DNA from: the human T2T-CHM13v2.0 reference genome, Homo sapiens
Reading direction: 5' to 3' (one strand)
DNA: 64,000 nt
Assembly (NCBI RefSeq): GCF_009914755.1
Contig: NC_060931.1
Shown here: piece by piece, positions 12,591 to 24,902 of the stretch
Layout of the letters: each line of letters begins with the position of its first letter
Position numbering within the stretch: the stretch's first letter is position 1
The notes under the pieces: model-generated
What the model was told of the DNA's origin: nothing
The model's input: only the letters and a program-made list of their open reading frames with translations
Databases searched by the model: none
Program-made: the position numbers and the translations under genes

Positions 12591-14199
12591 CCACCTGGAA
12601 ATCCCTGCTCATCTAAGGGTTGCATCTAGACTCTGGTAGATTTGGGGAGGGTGGCATTTGAGTTATGTCCTTTCCTGAGCTGTCCCATGCCACAGCTTGC
12701 TGCTCTGTTGTCTCCTGACAATTGGTCTCCTTGCTGCTATTTCCAGAAAGCTTCACACAGAAAGCTTCACACACTCCTCTCACTCCTCAGACCATCTTTC
12801 ACATAATACTGCTGTGTCTAACAGATATGTACACGATGAGAGTAACATACCGGGAACCCAGCAATACAGCAGAATTTCAATACGTGACAACACTTTTCTT
12901 AAAAATTCCCAGGTCTCACTGGTAGCAGGGATTTGTCTCTGTTACCTTTTTCTATGGTCTTTTTTGCCTCCATGTTCCTAGGCTTCTTTTCAGCCATTAC
13001 CCTTTTCCTGTTTCCCCAGCTGCCTTGGAGCAAATTTGGTTTCTTTATTATACAAAACAATTTGGTCTTAATTGAGATTAAACTCCTGGTCTATCTTCAC
13101 ACGTCTAAAAACCCTAATGACTTTTACTCAACAAAATAGTCAATCCTTAAGTCAATTCTTCATTTCTCCCAGAATGTGAAAGTGGAGGCAGAAATTCTTT
13201 TCTTTTTTTAATCTAATTTCTCTCGTCCGTTAAACTAGCTATTGCTGTTGTTAGTTCTGACACACTGAAACTGGATTCTCAGAGCAGGGAACTTGAAAAC
13301 AAGTCAGTAGACTGGCTGCATTCCTCCTAAGCCATTTCTCTACCTATGCTTACACTTTGAGGTGAAACTATAAACTGCTTAATTTAATTCAGCTTAAACG
13401 TTTGTTTCCCCATTATTATTTCTCCATTGATTTTTGTCCAATGGCTTGCAGTGCTTCCACAAAAGAACTTCATAAATTTGGTTTGATTGATAACTTCTAT
13501 AGGCCTCATAGGCACCAGGGCTGGAAGATAAATAAACCTCAACACAGAATGGAAGCTGTGTTTCAAAGGACAGTGGTGGTGGGGAAGAGGAGGGAGAGAT
13601 TACTTTGAATGGTATTGCCAAGTTTATTTCAACAGCTTGAAAACAGCCGATAAACACTGTAAAAAAAAAAAGAAATTGAAGTCCTTCGTTTAGTGAGAAC
13701 TGCTTGTCCAGATAGGGTTGGGTGGCTGCCAGCTGGTGAATCAAATGTCAATTGGGTTTACACCATAGGAGACAATCTGTTCTAGCAGTGTTTGGACTGG
13801 AAAAAGGGAATGAATTGGTAAAGAGCTGTTCTACAGGATGCCAGTCTTTTAAGGAGCTGAGGAAAGCCCACAGAACACCAAATTATTACAGGGTCAGGAC
13901 TGTGTCATTTATCTATTTGCAGGCACAAGAGTAATTATTTTCTCAGCATTAGGCATAAGCTTTTCAGAAGAATACTGCCAGGATGAAAAAATGCATGAAA
14001 CAGATATATGTGTTGAAAACTCAGTGACAAGATTTGTGTAAAATTCATTGCTTCTGGGTTTCTGGTATGAACCTAGGGGAATATTGGAAAATAACCAGTA
14101 GATTCCTTAGCTTACTTATTTCAGATTACCTTTTAAGCCTTAAAGATTCTGATTTCTTTGTGAATGAGACTTCCCAATTGTAATAACTTCAAAAAAATA

Positions 14200-14705
14200 A
14201 ACATAACTTTATATTTTGTAAATATCCAAATAAATGCTCTTATTTGAAAAAAGTTTTCACAAGAAAAAATCTTAAAGTAGAAAAATTACTCATAACCCAT
14301 CACCCAATAAAATTACTTTCGGTTTTACTTTATAATGTATATCTTTCCAAGTGTGTGTGTGTGTCTGTATAGAGAGGGAGGTGTTTGTGTGTGCATTTTT
14401 CTGTACTTACAAAATGAGATCCCATCATACATGTTGCTTTGAAACATGTCTGTTTTTCTCTCACTGTATCATGTCATCTTTTGATGTTAATAAATACACA
14501 TGCAAGTACTTTTATTTAATGGCTGAATAGAATTCCTTGTGCAAATATACAGTAATGCAATTAATTTCCTATTGGCAAATATTTGGGTTATTTCTAATTT
14601 TTGCCCATTATAAACAAGGTAAAGACATTTTGTTGTGGAAATATTTATACCTTTGGGTGATGATTTTATAAGGATAAATCCCATAAACATAAGATAAATA
14701 CACAT
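14200..14705 (-). mobile_element. L1ME fragment (host of the L1MB; resumes about 15490-15620)
   Basis: ttttatttaatggctgaatagaattcc...ggataaatccc. Confidence 0.6.
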
Positions 14706-14709
14706 TAAA

Positions 14710-15490
14710 ATTTTTTTAAAAAAATTGTAGTCAAATACTTATAACATAAAATTTAACACTTAATACTTTTTAACTGTATAGTTCAGTGGCCCTAAATAAA
14801 TTTTTGTGCTACCATCACCACCATCCATCCATAGGATTCTTCATCTTGCAATACTGAACCTGTCTCCATTAAACACTAGCTGCCCCTTCCCCGCTCTCCA
14901 ACCCCCGACAACCATCATTCTACTTTCTGCCTCTATGACTTCGTTGACTATTCTAGGTACCTCATATAAGTGGAATCATACCATTTGTGTCGTTTTGTGA
15001 CTGGCTTATTTCTCCTAGCATAATGTCCTCAAGGTTCATCCATGTTGCAGCATATGTTAGAATTTCTTGTCTTCTAAAAGCTGAAATAATATTCTGTTTG
15101 ATGTATATGCTATATTTTGTTTATCTATCAGTGGACACTTGGGTTGCTTCCACCTTTAGGCTATTGCCAGTTCTGCCACTATAAATGTAGATGGACAACA
15201 TTGCTTCCAGTCTCTTCTCATAATCCTTTTGGATATATCCAGAAATAAAATCACTGGATCATATGATGATTCTATTTTTGATGTTTTGAAGAACCACCAC
15301 ACTGTTTTCCACAGTGGCTCTACATTCTCAACAACATTGTACACGTTTTCTAATTTCTCTACATCCTCACCAATACTTGCTATTTTCTGCTTCTTTTTTT
15401 AATGGTAGCCATCCTAATGAATGTGTGGCGGTATCACATTGTGGTTTTGATTAGCATTTTCTTAATGGTTAATGATATTGAGCATCTAAT
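14710..15490 (-). mobile_element. L1MB 3' end
   Basis: ctaggtacctcatataagtggaatcata...aggttcatccatgttgcagcat; ORF 15156..15344 is an L1 ORF2 C-terminal remnant (PLWKTVWWF). Confidence 0.9.
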
Positions 15491-16799
15491 ATGCAGATTT
15501 TTAAAGTTTATGATCCACATTGCCAAATTGTTCTCTAGAAATATTCTACCAATGTAATCTCAGTAAATAGTGCTCATTTACCTTCTCTGACATCCAGTGG
15601 TAATGTTTATCATGTAACTTTTAAACAACAGTGCTCATAGACATAGAAAATGTTGCTGTAAGCTCTTTGATTTAAGTTAGAAGGTGCTATATTTCTTCAA
15701 GGTTACTCATGGCGTTAGCAGGCTAGGCAGTAAAAATACATTTAGTGACTTGAAAGCTATATTTTTAAACATATAATTGATCTTTAGGAAGATTACATAA
15801 GGTTAAATAACTGTTTTGATTCTTTTATGTCTCTATTCTCTCCCACTCCTTAGCAGGACTCCTATGCTAAGTCCTGCCACCTCTAATTGCAGCCTTCCAT
15901 TTCCCTAAGGATTCCTTGATGATACTGAAGTTTACTTACCTAATCTATGGTTCATTTTACTATCCTTCTGTCATCATAATCAATAAACAGCAGTTATCCT
16001 TTTATGAAAAAGAAAAGAAAGGAGAATAGGAAAGTGCATTCTTCTTAATTGAGTAAGCTCACATTTCTTGAACCGTGGCCCAAGAATTAATCGACACAGC
16101 ACCCTTTCGTCATATTTAACATTTCCCTTTCTCTAGCCATTAACTCTGAGGGTGTCAAATCTGCTTACAAAAGTGTTTCCCTACTAATATACCCTTCAGT
16201 TACTGGGGAGATGCAGCTGAGCCTCTTGCTTGTGTATTGCCTCCTCAATGTCAGATTTTAGTGACTCTTTTGCTATTTCTGTGGCTTGTTGATAAACACA
16301 ATTGATAGAAGAGGAAAACATCCAGATATAGACCTTATCTGAGAAAATGTCTTGGTTTGTGTGGAAAATGCTTAGAAATTTCCTTCTCACTGAACCCTAT
16401 GTCCCACCCTGACTTTTTGTGCTTTTCTAATCAAAACAAGGAAGACTCATTTCGTTTCTTCCTTTTTCAGGAATATAAAATAAATTAAAAGTACACATGT
16501 TCTACTGGGACAAACAGGAGGCCATAAAATTGCTTAGCCTGCAGTCAAACATAAAAACATAAAAAATACAACAGCAAACAAACAAAAGCTAGCCTTAGAA
16601 AGGGCATTTAGACAATAATCCCTGGCCACTTTCCCACAGGAAAGAAAAGGAAAACTTTCAGAAAGAAACTTGGAGCGTATTTTTTTTTTTTTTTTGCAAA
16701 GAGTATATAGTACCTGTTGATACTATATCTAATTATGTGCTAAATACAATATAATTTCAGTTATTAATATTAACATATTAATATATATTATTAGTAGTA

Positions 16800-17445
16800 C
16801 AATATATATTCAGCATCAATGAACATATATTGATATTGCAACCGGGGCAAATAAAACACATTTCTTGTCAGTAAAGAACTGATTTAGTAACGGAAACAGG
16901 CATATAAAGAGATCAGTTTAATATAATGTCAGAAGTGCAGACAGAAAGCTGTACTGGCTGTTATTAGAAGGGGCTTTGCTGAGAAGTTTATCAAAGGATG
17001 GAAGGTGTCAGGCAGAGGCCCAGTAGGAGCAAAAAGCACAGGGGACTACAGCATTGTGTGTGGAGGGGCAACCACAAACGACAGTTGGATGTAGTTTGTT
17101 GGTTACATGAAAGCAGACAAGGAGTAAGTTAGCAGAAGCTAGATCACCTTCAGTGTGTGTAGGCACTTCTGAACCACATGATGGAGTTTGGCTTTTGTAA
17201 TGTAGGGATGGATGCTCCCTAAAGCCATTTAATCTGTGCAGTGCTACAATCATTTCTGGTATCACACGTATCACTTGGTGGGATTTGAGGGAATGGATTT
17301 GCAGGGGTGGGGTGGGATGGGAGCTGGAGGTAGATATCCTGCCAGGAGTCCATGGGAATGGTCCAGGGGAGAGAATGTGAGGGCATGAGCAGAGACCATG
17401 GAAGAAAAGATGGAGAGAAGATACAGCTGAGAAATTTTTAGGAAA
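16800..17445 (-). mobile_element. L2 fragment
   Basis: Antisense L2 pattern (ggagtttggcttttgtaatgtagggatgg...gtccaggggagagaatg). Confidence 0.6.
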
Positions 17446-17859
17446 AATTGCATTTGAAAGAGAAGGTGGAGGAGGGGAGTCTCCTGGCTTTTGTTTTTGC
17501 AACTAATTCCTATATCCTTCTGGAGGACACTGAAAAATGTAGGTGTTTTCTCATGCAACTCTGGGGAAAAGGAAGCTTAGTGGTAGGGGTACTTCTAAGT
17601 TCAATCTGCTTCTGAAATCCTAGGCAGTCATCTCTAGACTATTCCCATGCCAGGGTGACTCACACCTACAAGATGTCTATCTCCAGGGATCCAGACAAGA
17701 AGTACGGCACAGATCTTCATTGCTCTTGTATTTAATTTTGTTGTATCATTCTCCCTCTCCCCTACTGAGGAGGCTGGGGTACCTGGCTTCATAGCAAGCC
17801 ACACTACCATAGAGTTCCCAGGAGTCATGGGCAACACTTACGATTGGCAACTTTCAGAG

Positions 17860-17921
17860 GCACTCTAGCCTGGGCGACAGAGCAAGACTCGTCTCAAAAA
17901 AAAAAAAAAAAAAAAAAGAAA
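17860..17921 (+). mobile_element. Alu 3'-terminal fragment
   Basis: gcactctagcctgggcgacagagcaagactcgtctc followed by poly(A). Confidence 0.88.
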
Positions 17922-18269
17922 GCAATATGATCACACTTGTAGATTCTCTGAACCTTCCTTCTCTAGGGTTTCTTCCACAGATTGATGACAAGAGACAGGC
18001 CTGGGAGGCACCATGGGACTATTAAAAACTTGATTCTACCTGAGATTTGATAGATTAAATTTGTGGGAAAGTTGATAGGCAAGTACCAAACAGATACTCT
18101 TGAGTTCATGGGCTCAGTTTTTCTTAAAATGTATATAGAATAAACCCTTTCCTTTCCTGTATGATCTCATTGTCCTTTCCAGAAATTATGCCTTAACTAC
18201 AAGTCCCTTGCTGACCAAAACATTGCTTGCTTTCTGAATCATATTTATCTAGTAATATTTATTCAACAT

Positions 18270-19575
18270 GATAATGCTCAGGACATGCTACCCCACAATG
18301 TGGTACCTTGGCATTTGAGAAAAGAGTAGAAGCAGCAAAGTCTCTCTGACTCCCCATCCTCTCTCCCCTGGTGTAGACCATAGAAGACTTCTCTGACCTT
18401 CCTCTAAAGTAGGTCATTCCAGAGATACTCTCCCTATACATTCTTATCTCTGAAGACACTGGGACACAGAAACGAATCTGAACACACAGGCCTCGCTAAG
18501 TTCCTCCAAGTTTATTACAATTAGATCTTATGCTGTTTGTCTAATTATACTTCTGCACTACTGTCCACTTCATCAGACTAGCATAAAAATATACAGGTTG
18601 TCCTGATTCTTTGGGTCTGTATTTTTGAAAGCTCTTGTGTCAAGTTTATTATTGTCGACGAAAAGAGTCAAACTCTGTAAAATATTTGACTGTTCAGTCA
18701 AATATTCATTCTGAGCCAAATACGAGTGACCCTGGCCCATGACACAGCCCCAGGGGATCCTGACAACATGTGCCTGAGGTGGTCAGGCTACAATTCGTTT
18801 TTATGTATTATTGGGAGACATAAGACATCAATCGAAACATGTAAGATGTACATTGGTTTGGTCAAAAGCTAAAAGCCCCACACGAAGTGGGGGCTTCGAG
18901 GTCATAGGTGGATTCAAAGATTTTTCTGATTGGTAACTGGTTGAAAGAGTTTATCTAAAGACCTGGAATCAATAGAAGGCAGTGTCTGGGTGAAGATAAG
19001 GAGTTGTGGAGACCAAGATCCTTATTAGGCAGATGAAGCCTCCAGTTAGCAGGCTTTAGAGAGAATAGATTGTAAAGGTTTCTTATCAGACTTTAAAAGG
19101 CACCAGACTCTTAGTCAATTCTCTCCTGGATCAGGAAAAGACCTGGAAAGGGAAGGAATTCTCTAAAGAATGTAGATTTTTCCCACAAGAGACAGCTTTG
19201 CAGGGCCATTTCAAAACATGTAAAAGAAATATATTTTGGGTTAAAATACTTTGATTTCTTTTAGGGCCTGCTATCCATCATGTTGGTATCCTATTGCTAC
19301 AAAGAGTCTGTTTTGTTAGTCTGAAGGTTCCTGTTTTAATGTTAATGCTAGTCAGCTGTGCTGAATTCTGGAGGGAGGAAGGTATAATGAGGCATGTCTG
19401 ACCACCCTTCTCCATCATGGCCTGAACTAGGGTTTCAGGTTTACTGTGGAATTCCCTTGCCAGAAAGGAGGGGTTCATTCAGTTGGCTGGGGGGCTTAGA
19501 ATTCTATTTTTGGTTTATATTCATAAATATCTCAGTCATGAATCCAGCAGTGAGAAAATGAGTTTTTTTCCTTCT
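18270..19575 (+). mobile_element. MER34-family LTR, interrupted by MER4D at 18652-19518
   Basis: gctaccccacaatgtggtaccttggcatttgag...; 3' remnant tctcagtcatgaatccagcag after the MER4D. Confidence 0.7.
18652..19518 (-). mobile_element. MER4D-type ERV1 solo LTR
   Basis: gaaaagagtcaaactctgtaaaatatttga...ggggggcttagaattctatttttggtttata. Confidence 0.88.
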
Positions 19576-19629
19576 GAATTCATCTGCTTTTACCACAGAG
19601 CAGAAGTTCCGACAACATATTACTCATTC

Positions 19630-20350
19630 TGTTAGCAGTGGTAAATCTGTACAGGTCTGCAGCAACCTGAACTCTTGGGCATAAGGCAGAAGGAGAGACT
19701 GAGGCAAGTTTTAGAGCAGGAGTAAACATTTATTCAAAAGCTTTAGAGCAGGAACGAAAGAAAGTAAAGTACACTTGGAAGAGGGCCAAGCAGGCGACTT
19801 GAGAGATCAAGTGCATAGTTTGACCTTTGACTTGGAGGTTTCATATGTTGGCATGCTTTCAGGGTCTTGCATCTCTTCTCCCCTGATTCTTCCCTTAGGG
19901 TGGGCTGTTTGCATGAGCAGTGGCCTGCTAGCACTGGGGAGGGAACATGCACAGTGTGTTTACTGGAGTTGTATGCATGCTCACTTGAGGCATTCTTCCC
20001 CTACCAGCCAAATAGTTCGTAGAAGGTCATACACCAGTTAAACTACACCATTTTGTCTCTTAATGTGCATACTTGAGTTCACTTGCCCAACTCGTGAGAC
20101 CTTATCCAGAAGTGCTGATCACCAGTTTCAGGTTTTTTCTGTCTGTTGGGAGGCTGACTTTCCTTGGCGCTGGCTGAGACCGATTACTATTTGAGAGAGA
20201 CAGTTACTAACTGCCTGACCCATCACCTGATGGTTGCCTGACATTCCTGGTGTGTGCGTAAATGAGGTAAATGCGGGCATTGGAGGAGGGGGACTGGGGG
20301 GCTGGTGGGGAGGGTAATCTCCTGCCTTGCTCATGTCTGGCTAGCTACCA
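19630..20350 (-). mobile_element. MER50 ERV1 solo LTR
   Basis: tgttagcagtggtaaatctgtacaggtctgcagcaacc...gcataaggcagaaggagagactgaggcaagttttagagcagg; TSD ATTC/TTTC. Confidence 0.88.
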
Positions 20351-20580
20351 TTTCTTCCTTGTATAAAAAATTTTCCTCCTGATAGTACCACCCATCCCCT
20401 CCTCAACATATGCTACATGTGTCTTTTTACAATGTTATCTCACTATACATGGAGCTAACATGTGAATCTTTCTATATCCTTCTCTCCTGACTAGTAGTAT
20501 TCATGAACACCAACATGCACATACCATTACCACTGTAAACTCAACTGAAATCCTGACAGTCTATTGCATGGATTGCGAGT

Positions 20581-20963
20581 TGATAAGATTTGGCTGTGCT
20601 CTCCGACCCAAAATCTTCTATTGAATTGTAATCCCCATAATCTCCATAGTCCCCACCTGTCAAGTGAGAGACCAGGTGGAAGTAATTGAATCAAGGGGCA
20701 GTTTCCCGCATGCTGTTCTCGTGATAGCGAGTGAGCTCTCACTAGGGCTGATGGTTTTACCAGTGTTAGGCGGTTACTCCAGCATTCACTTCTCCTTCCC
20801 GCTGCCTTGTGAAGAAAGTGCCTTGCTTCCTCTTCACCTTCTGCCGTAAGTTTCTTGAGGCCTCCCCAGCCATGTTGAACCATTAGTCAATTAAACCTCT
20901 TTCCTTTATAAATTACCCTGTCTCAAGAAGTTCTTTATAGCAGTATGAAAACAGACTAATACA
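20581..20963 (+). mobile_element. THE1D-type MaLR solo LTR
   Basis: tgataagatttggctgtg...caattaaacctctttcctttataaattacc...acagactaataca. Confidence 0.9.
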
Positions 20964-22777
20964 TAGTTACTCTTCCTTATAGTCAATATCATTGACAGTT
21001 TTTACTAAGTTAAAGTTTCCCTGTGAGGTGTCTCTTTGAGAAATTAAGAAGAAAAAAAATGGAAAAAAAAAATCGGGGCAGTGAACTGTGGGAGAACAGT
21101 AGAAAGGGTCAGAGAGTTTAAACTTGTTTGATACAACAGACCTAACAAACAAAACATCAAATTCAAAAATGGCATGAATGTGTATTAGAGGGTGTTGAGG
21201 AGAAGAAAGAGGCCAAGAAAACAAATCTATAGGAAAAAATATGTTTCTGAGGGACTCAGGTGAGTTAGGACAATAAGGAAAGCTTAGTTGCAACATTGGC
21301 AGGTGGGTAGATATAAAAGGGCAGTCTATAGATTAAAAAAAAAAGATGAATACTTCAGGTACTTTATGCTATTGTGTACAGTTTCTTATAGTACTAATCT
21401 ATTTTAATGGTCAAATTTTATAAAATATTAACAAAATTAAGATGTTTGAACTAAAAAAATTCTCTATGCAACAGATTTATAGAGTGTCAAGCCATAATTA
21501 TTTGCAAGGAGATATATTTAGCTGTATTATTGGAAACAATAGCATTATTGGATTATTGGTTGCTATATGAGAATGTTCATAATGAGTTGAAGCTGCTGGC
21601 AGCATTTAATGAGGTTTCCTATTTTTCTTTCGTTTGTTCAGCTTTTAGTAATACCAATAAGGCTCATTGCTTATTTCAGGGGGCTGGCAACAAACGGTTG
21701 TTAGAAAAGAAGAATGCTGCAAGGCTGCTCCAGTCCTAAAGTGCTGCTACAAATTGTCATAAGCATTTTAGGATCATTTGTTTATTCACTCTGATTCTTG
21801 TATCATGGTGTGTGCTTGGTCATAAATGATAACATTGAATTTCTTTTTGTTTGCTGACAACTTGCCAGCTAAGCACTGTGGAGTGTTCCAGGGAAAACAT
21901 GTAGTTTCTTTGAAGTATTTGCTTCACAATTTTTCAAAGCTTAATCTTGTTGCTAGCTGCCTCTTTTACCTCTCAGCTTTGTATATATAGAGTCTCGGAT
22001 TAGAGAATTAAAAAAAAAAAACAACGATTACTATCTGGGCACCAAATGAGTTCCATATATCCATCTATCCTGCTAAGACAATAAACTAAGTTTATAACGC
22101 ATTTTCATTATCCTTTAAGATTTCTGAGCCATTTGTGTGTGAGCATGTGTAGGTTCTCAGTTACTGACTACATTAAGTATAAGGTAAAGAAAATGGTGTT
22201 TATTTTTGACGTCCAAGAGTTTAATGTTTCATGGAAACTATGAGCTAAGCCTAATGAATTTAAAGCAACATTCTGAGTAAAATTTCTAATTATTGCAAAT
22301 AAACTCTGAGAACCCTGTGATTGTTTGCTGTGGTTAACACCATAAAGCAAATTACCCTATCTTTTGTTGTACGCAGTTTGCATCACAAATTATAAGGTAA
22401 TTGCATGCTATAGTCTCTCTCTAGAACAATTAATATTACCACTAATAGTAGTAGTTTACATGGCTGTAATTGTCTCCATCTTTTATACAGTTTTTCTTAT
22501 TAAGTATTTTGATCGTGACTTCACCGATTTTAGTCTTCTGTTGAAGATGAGAGGAAAATGAAGTTGTCTCCTTTGGCATTCCTTAGAGCCTTTGGGGATT
22601 TGATTTCTCAGCTATGTTAAAGATAGTTCATTTGTTTTAAATTCCATGATTTGCATGTAAAAGTTTTCCCTCGGCCCCTTTTGAAATTTGCATTAGATTT
22701 TCAAGGAGAAAATTGAGGTAAATGCTGTCAGTAGAATGACAGTTTTAAGTACTTTTCTCCCATGCTGTAAATCTGTC

Positions 22778-22933
22778 TTTTTTGAGATGGACTCCTGCTC
22801 TGTTGCCCTGGCTGGAGTGCAGTGGCGCAGTCTCGGCTCACTGCAACGTCCGCCTCCTGGGATTCAAGCGATTTTCCTGCCTCAGCCTCCAGAGTAGCTG
22901 GGACTACAGGTGCGCGCTGCCACGCCTATCTAA
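22778..22933 (-). mobile_element. AluS right arm (5'-truncated)
   Basis: Perfect 12-bp TSD TGTAAATCTGTC (22766-22777 / 22934-22945). Confidence 0.93.
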
Positions 22934-22989
22934 TGTAAATCTGTCCTGAACCCAACTCAGCCTGTCTGTCTTGCCACACTGCATCTGCC

Positions 22990-23325
22990 AATGCACTAGC
23001 AGATATTTCTTCCAGAGCCATGACTGCAGCCTCCTACCTGGTGTTGCTCCCTAAGTTTCACTTTCAGTTATCTGTTCAAATGTCACCTCTTCAGAGAGGA
23101 ATTCCCTAGTCTCCCAATGGAAAACAGCACCCCATGACTTTTCCCCATTACCTTGCCTTATTTTTCTTCAAAACATGTATCTGTCAATATTTGAAAATAT
23201 GTTTATTGCCTCTCTCCCCCTTAGAATATAAATTACATTGTTTCATGGGTTTTGTTTTTTGCTGTATCTATAGCATCTAGAAAATTCCCTGGCATATAAT
23301 AGTTGATTAATAGACATTTGTAGTT
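22990..23325 (+). mobile_element. L2 3' end
   Basis: caaatgtcacctcttcagagagg...cctggcatataatagttgattaatagacatttg. Confidence 0.75.
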
Positions 23326-23707
23326 AAAAAAAAAATACTGGTAGGTACCAATGGCTTAACACATTTTTATTTTTAAGTGAAAATTTATATTGTGTATAGT
23401 TCTAATAACACACAAAACAAGAAAACTTTTGTTAGATAGTTGATTTATCTGTGTTATCAAATGACAGAGGCCCACACAGTGAAAGGCATATTTACAATAC
23501 AGGTAATAATTTTCATTTTAGTAAACATTTTTATTAGTCCAGATAAGAGTGTTTTATGTGTAGGTTTATGCCTGTAGTTCTATATTAATTTTCTTGGTAC
23601 TGAAATATTGATTGAGCTTGCTAATTCATATAGTGCTCTGCTAAGTATATGGCACAGTCATCTTATGTTGTTTACCAATTTCATTGTCATGAATAAGGGG
23701 AGATGTC

Positions 23708-23874
23708 TTTTCTTTCCTTTTTTTTTTTTTTTTTTTTTTTTGAGACAGGGTCTTGCTCTGTTGCTCAGGTTGGAGCTCACTGCAGCTTTGAACTGCTGAG
23801 ATCACAGGACCCTCCTGCTTCAGCCTCCCAAAGAGCTGTGATTACAGGCACACATCACCATGCCCAGCGAATTT
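23708..23874 (-). mobile_element. FRAM / AluJ right monomer
   Basis: Poly(T) followed by gagacagggtcttgctctgttgctcagg...caccatgcccagc. Confidence 0.85.
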
Positions 23875-24581
23875 CTGTTTTTTATTCCTAGAATTTAATT
23901 TTTTTTTACTGTTTAAGATATTTATTAAAATAATGCTTTAAGGCTATCACAATTTTGCTGAGTCCCTACATATTGTTTCAGTTCACTTCTCTACTAAATT
24001 ATATGGCCTTTTACCATAACAATAATTTCTTTATCTTTTACATCAATTTTCCCATCCATAGGTCTCTTTATGTTTTATGATTACATCTATGAGATTTCTC
24101 ACAAAGATCATTAGGCATTATGACTTAGTTTTTTTTAGCATCCTTTACTGATAATTCAGACATATTTTTGTGAAAAACTTATGTTTTAAGAAAAATTACT
24201 CCTTTTGTTATTCATATAAGTTTACTCTTTATTTTCTAGTTACAATTTATTGCAGTTTTTAACTTCTAGCTGACCTTAGAATTCCTGACAACTTTTTTTT
24301 TTAAAAGGATGTCTATCCAAATAAGATATTTTTGAAAACTGAATCTATCTAACTCAGTGTAAAAGATTACTTAGAACAATATAAATGTAAGTACTTTCCA
24401 TTAGGAATTTCACCCAAAACATTTTTCCAATGAATAAAAGCTAGTGAAGAGATACTGTAAGGAAGAAACTGGTAATGCAATACATTCTTCCCATGCATGA
24501 TGTCATTACTTACTTAGTCATAAATGTATTTCTCAGTCTTTAAATACTTTATTTGCAGTGTTATCTTGCCAAATGAAAGTT

Positions 24582-24902
24582 GTTTTTTTTTTTGTTTTTT
24601 TGTTTTTTTTTTTTTGAGAGGCAGCTTCATTCATTCTTGTTGCTCAGGCTGGAGTGCAATGGCGTGATCCTGGCTCACGGCAACTTCCGGCTCCGGGGTT
24701 CAGGCAATTCTTCTGCGTCAGCCTCCCAAGTAGCTGGGATTATAGGTGTCCGCCACCACACCCACCTAATTTTTGTATTTTTAGTAGAGATGGGGTTTCT
24801 CCATGTTGGCCAGGCTGGTCTCGAACTCCTGACCTCAGGTGATCTACCCACTTTGGTCTTCTAAAGTGCTGAGATTATAGGTGTGAGCCACCACGCCCAG
24901 CT
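24582..24902 (-). mobile_element. AluS (Sq/Sp-like)
   Basis: Full dimer; TSD CCAAATGAAAGTT / CCAAATTAAAGTT. Confidence 0.94.

Noticed and set aside
16196-16390. Helical-looking peptide QQATEIAKESLKSDIEEAIHKQEAQL
   Set aside because: Weak splice signals and no recognised homologue
17008-17502. Longest ORF in the window (164 aa)
   Set aside because: Lies over a degenerate L2; Pro/Ser/His-rich composition reflects the repeat
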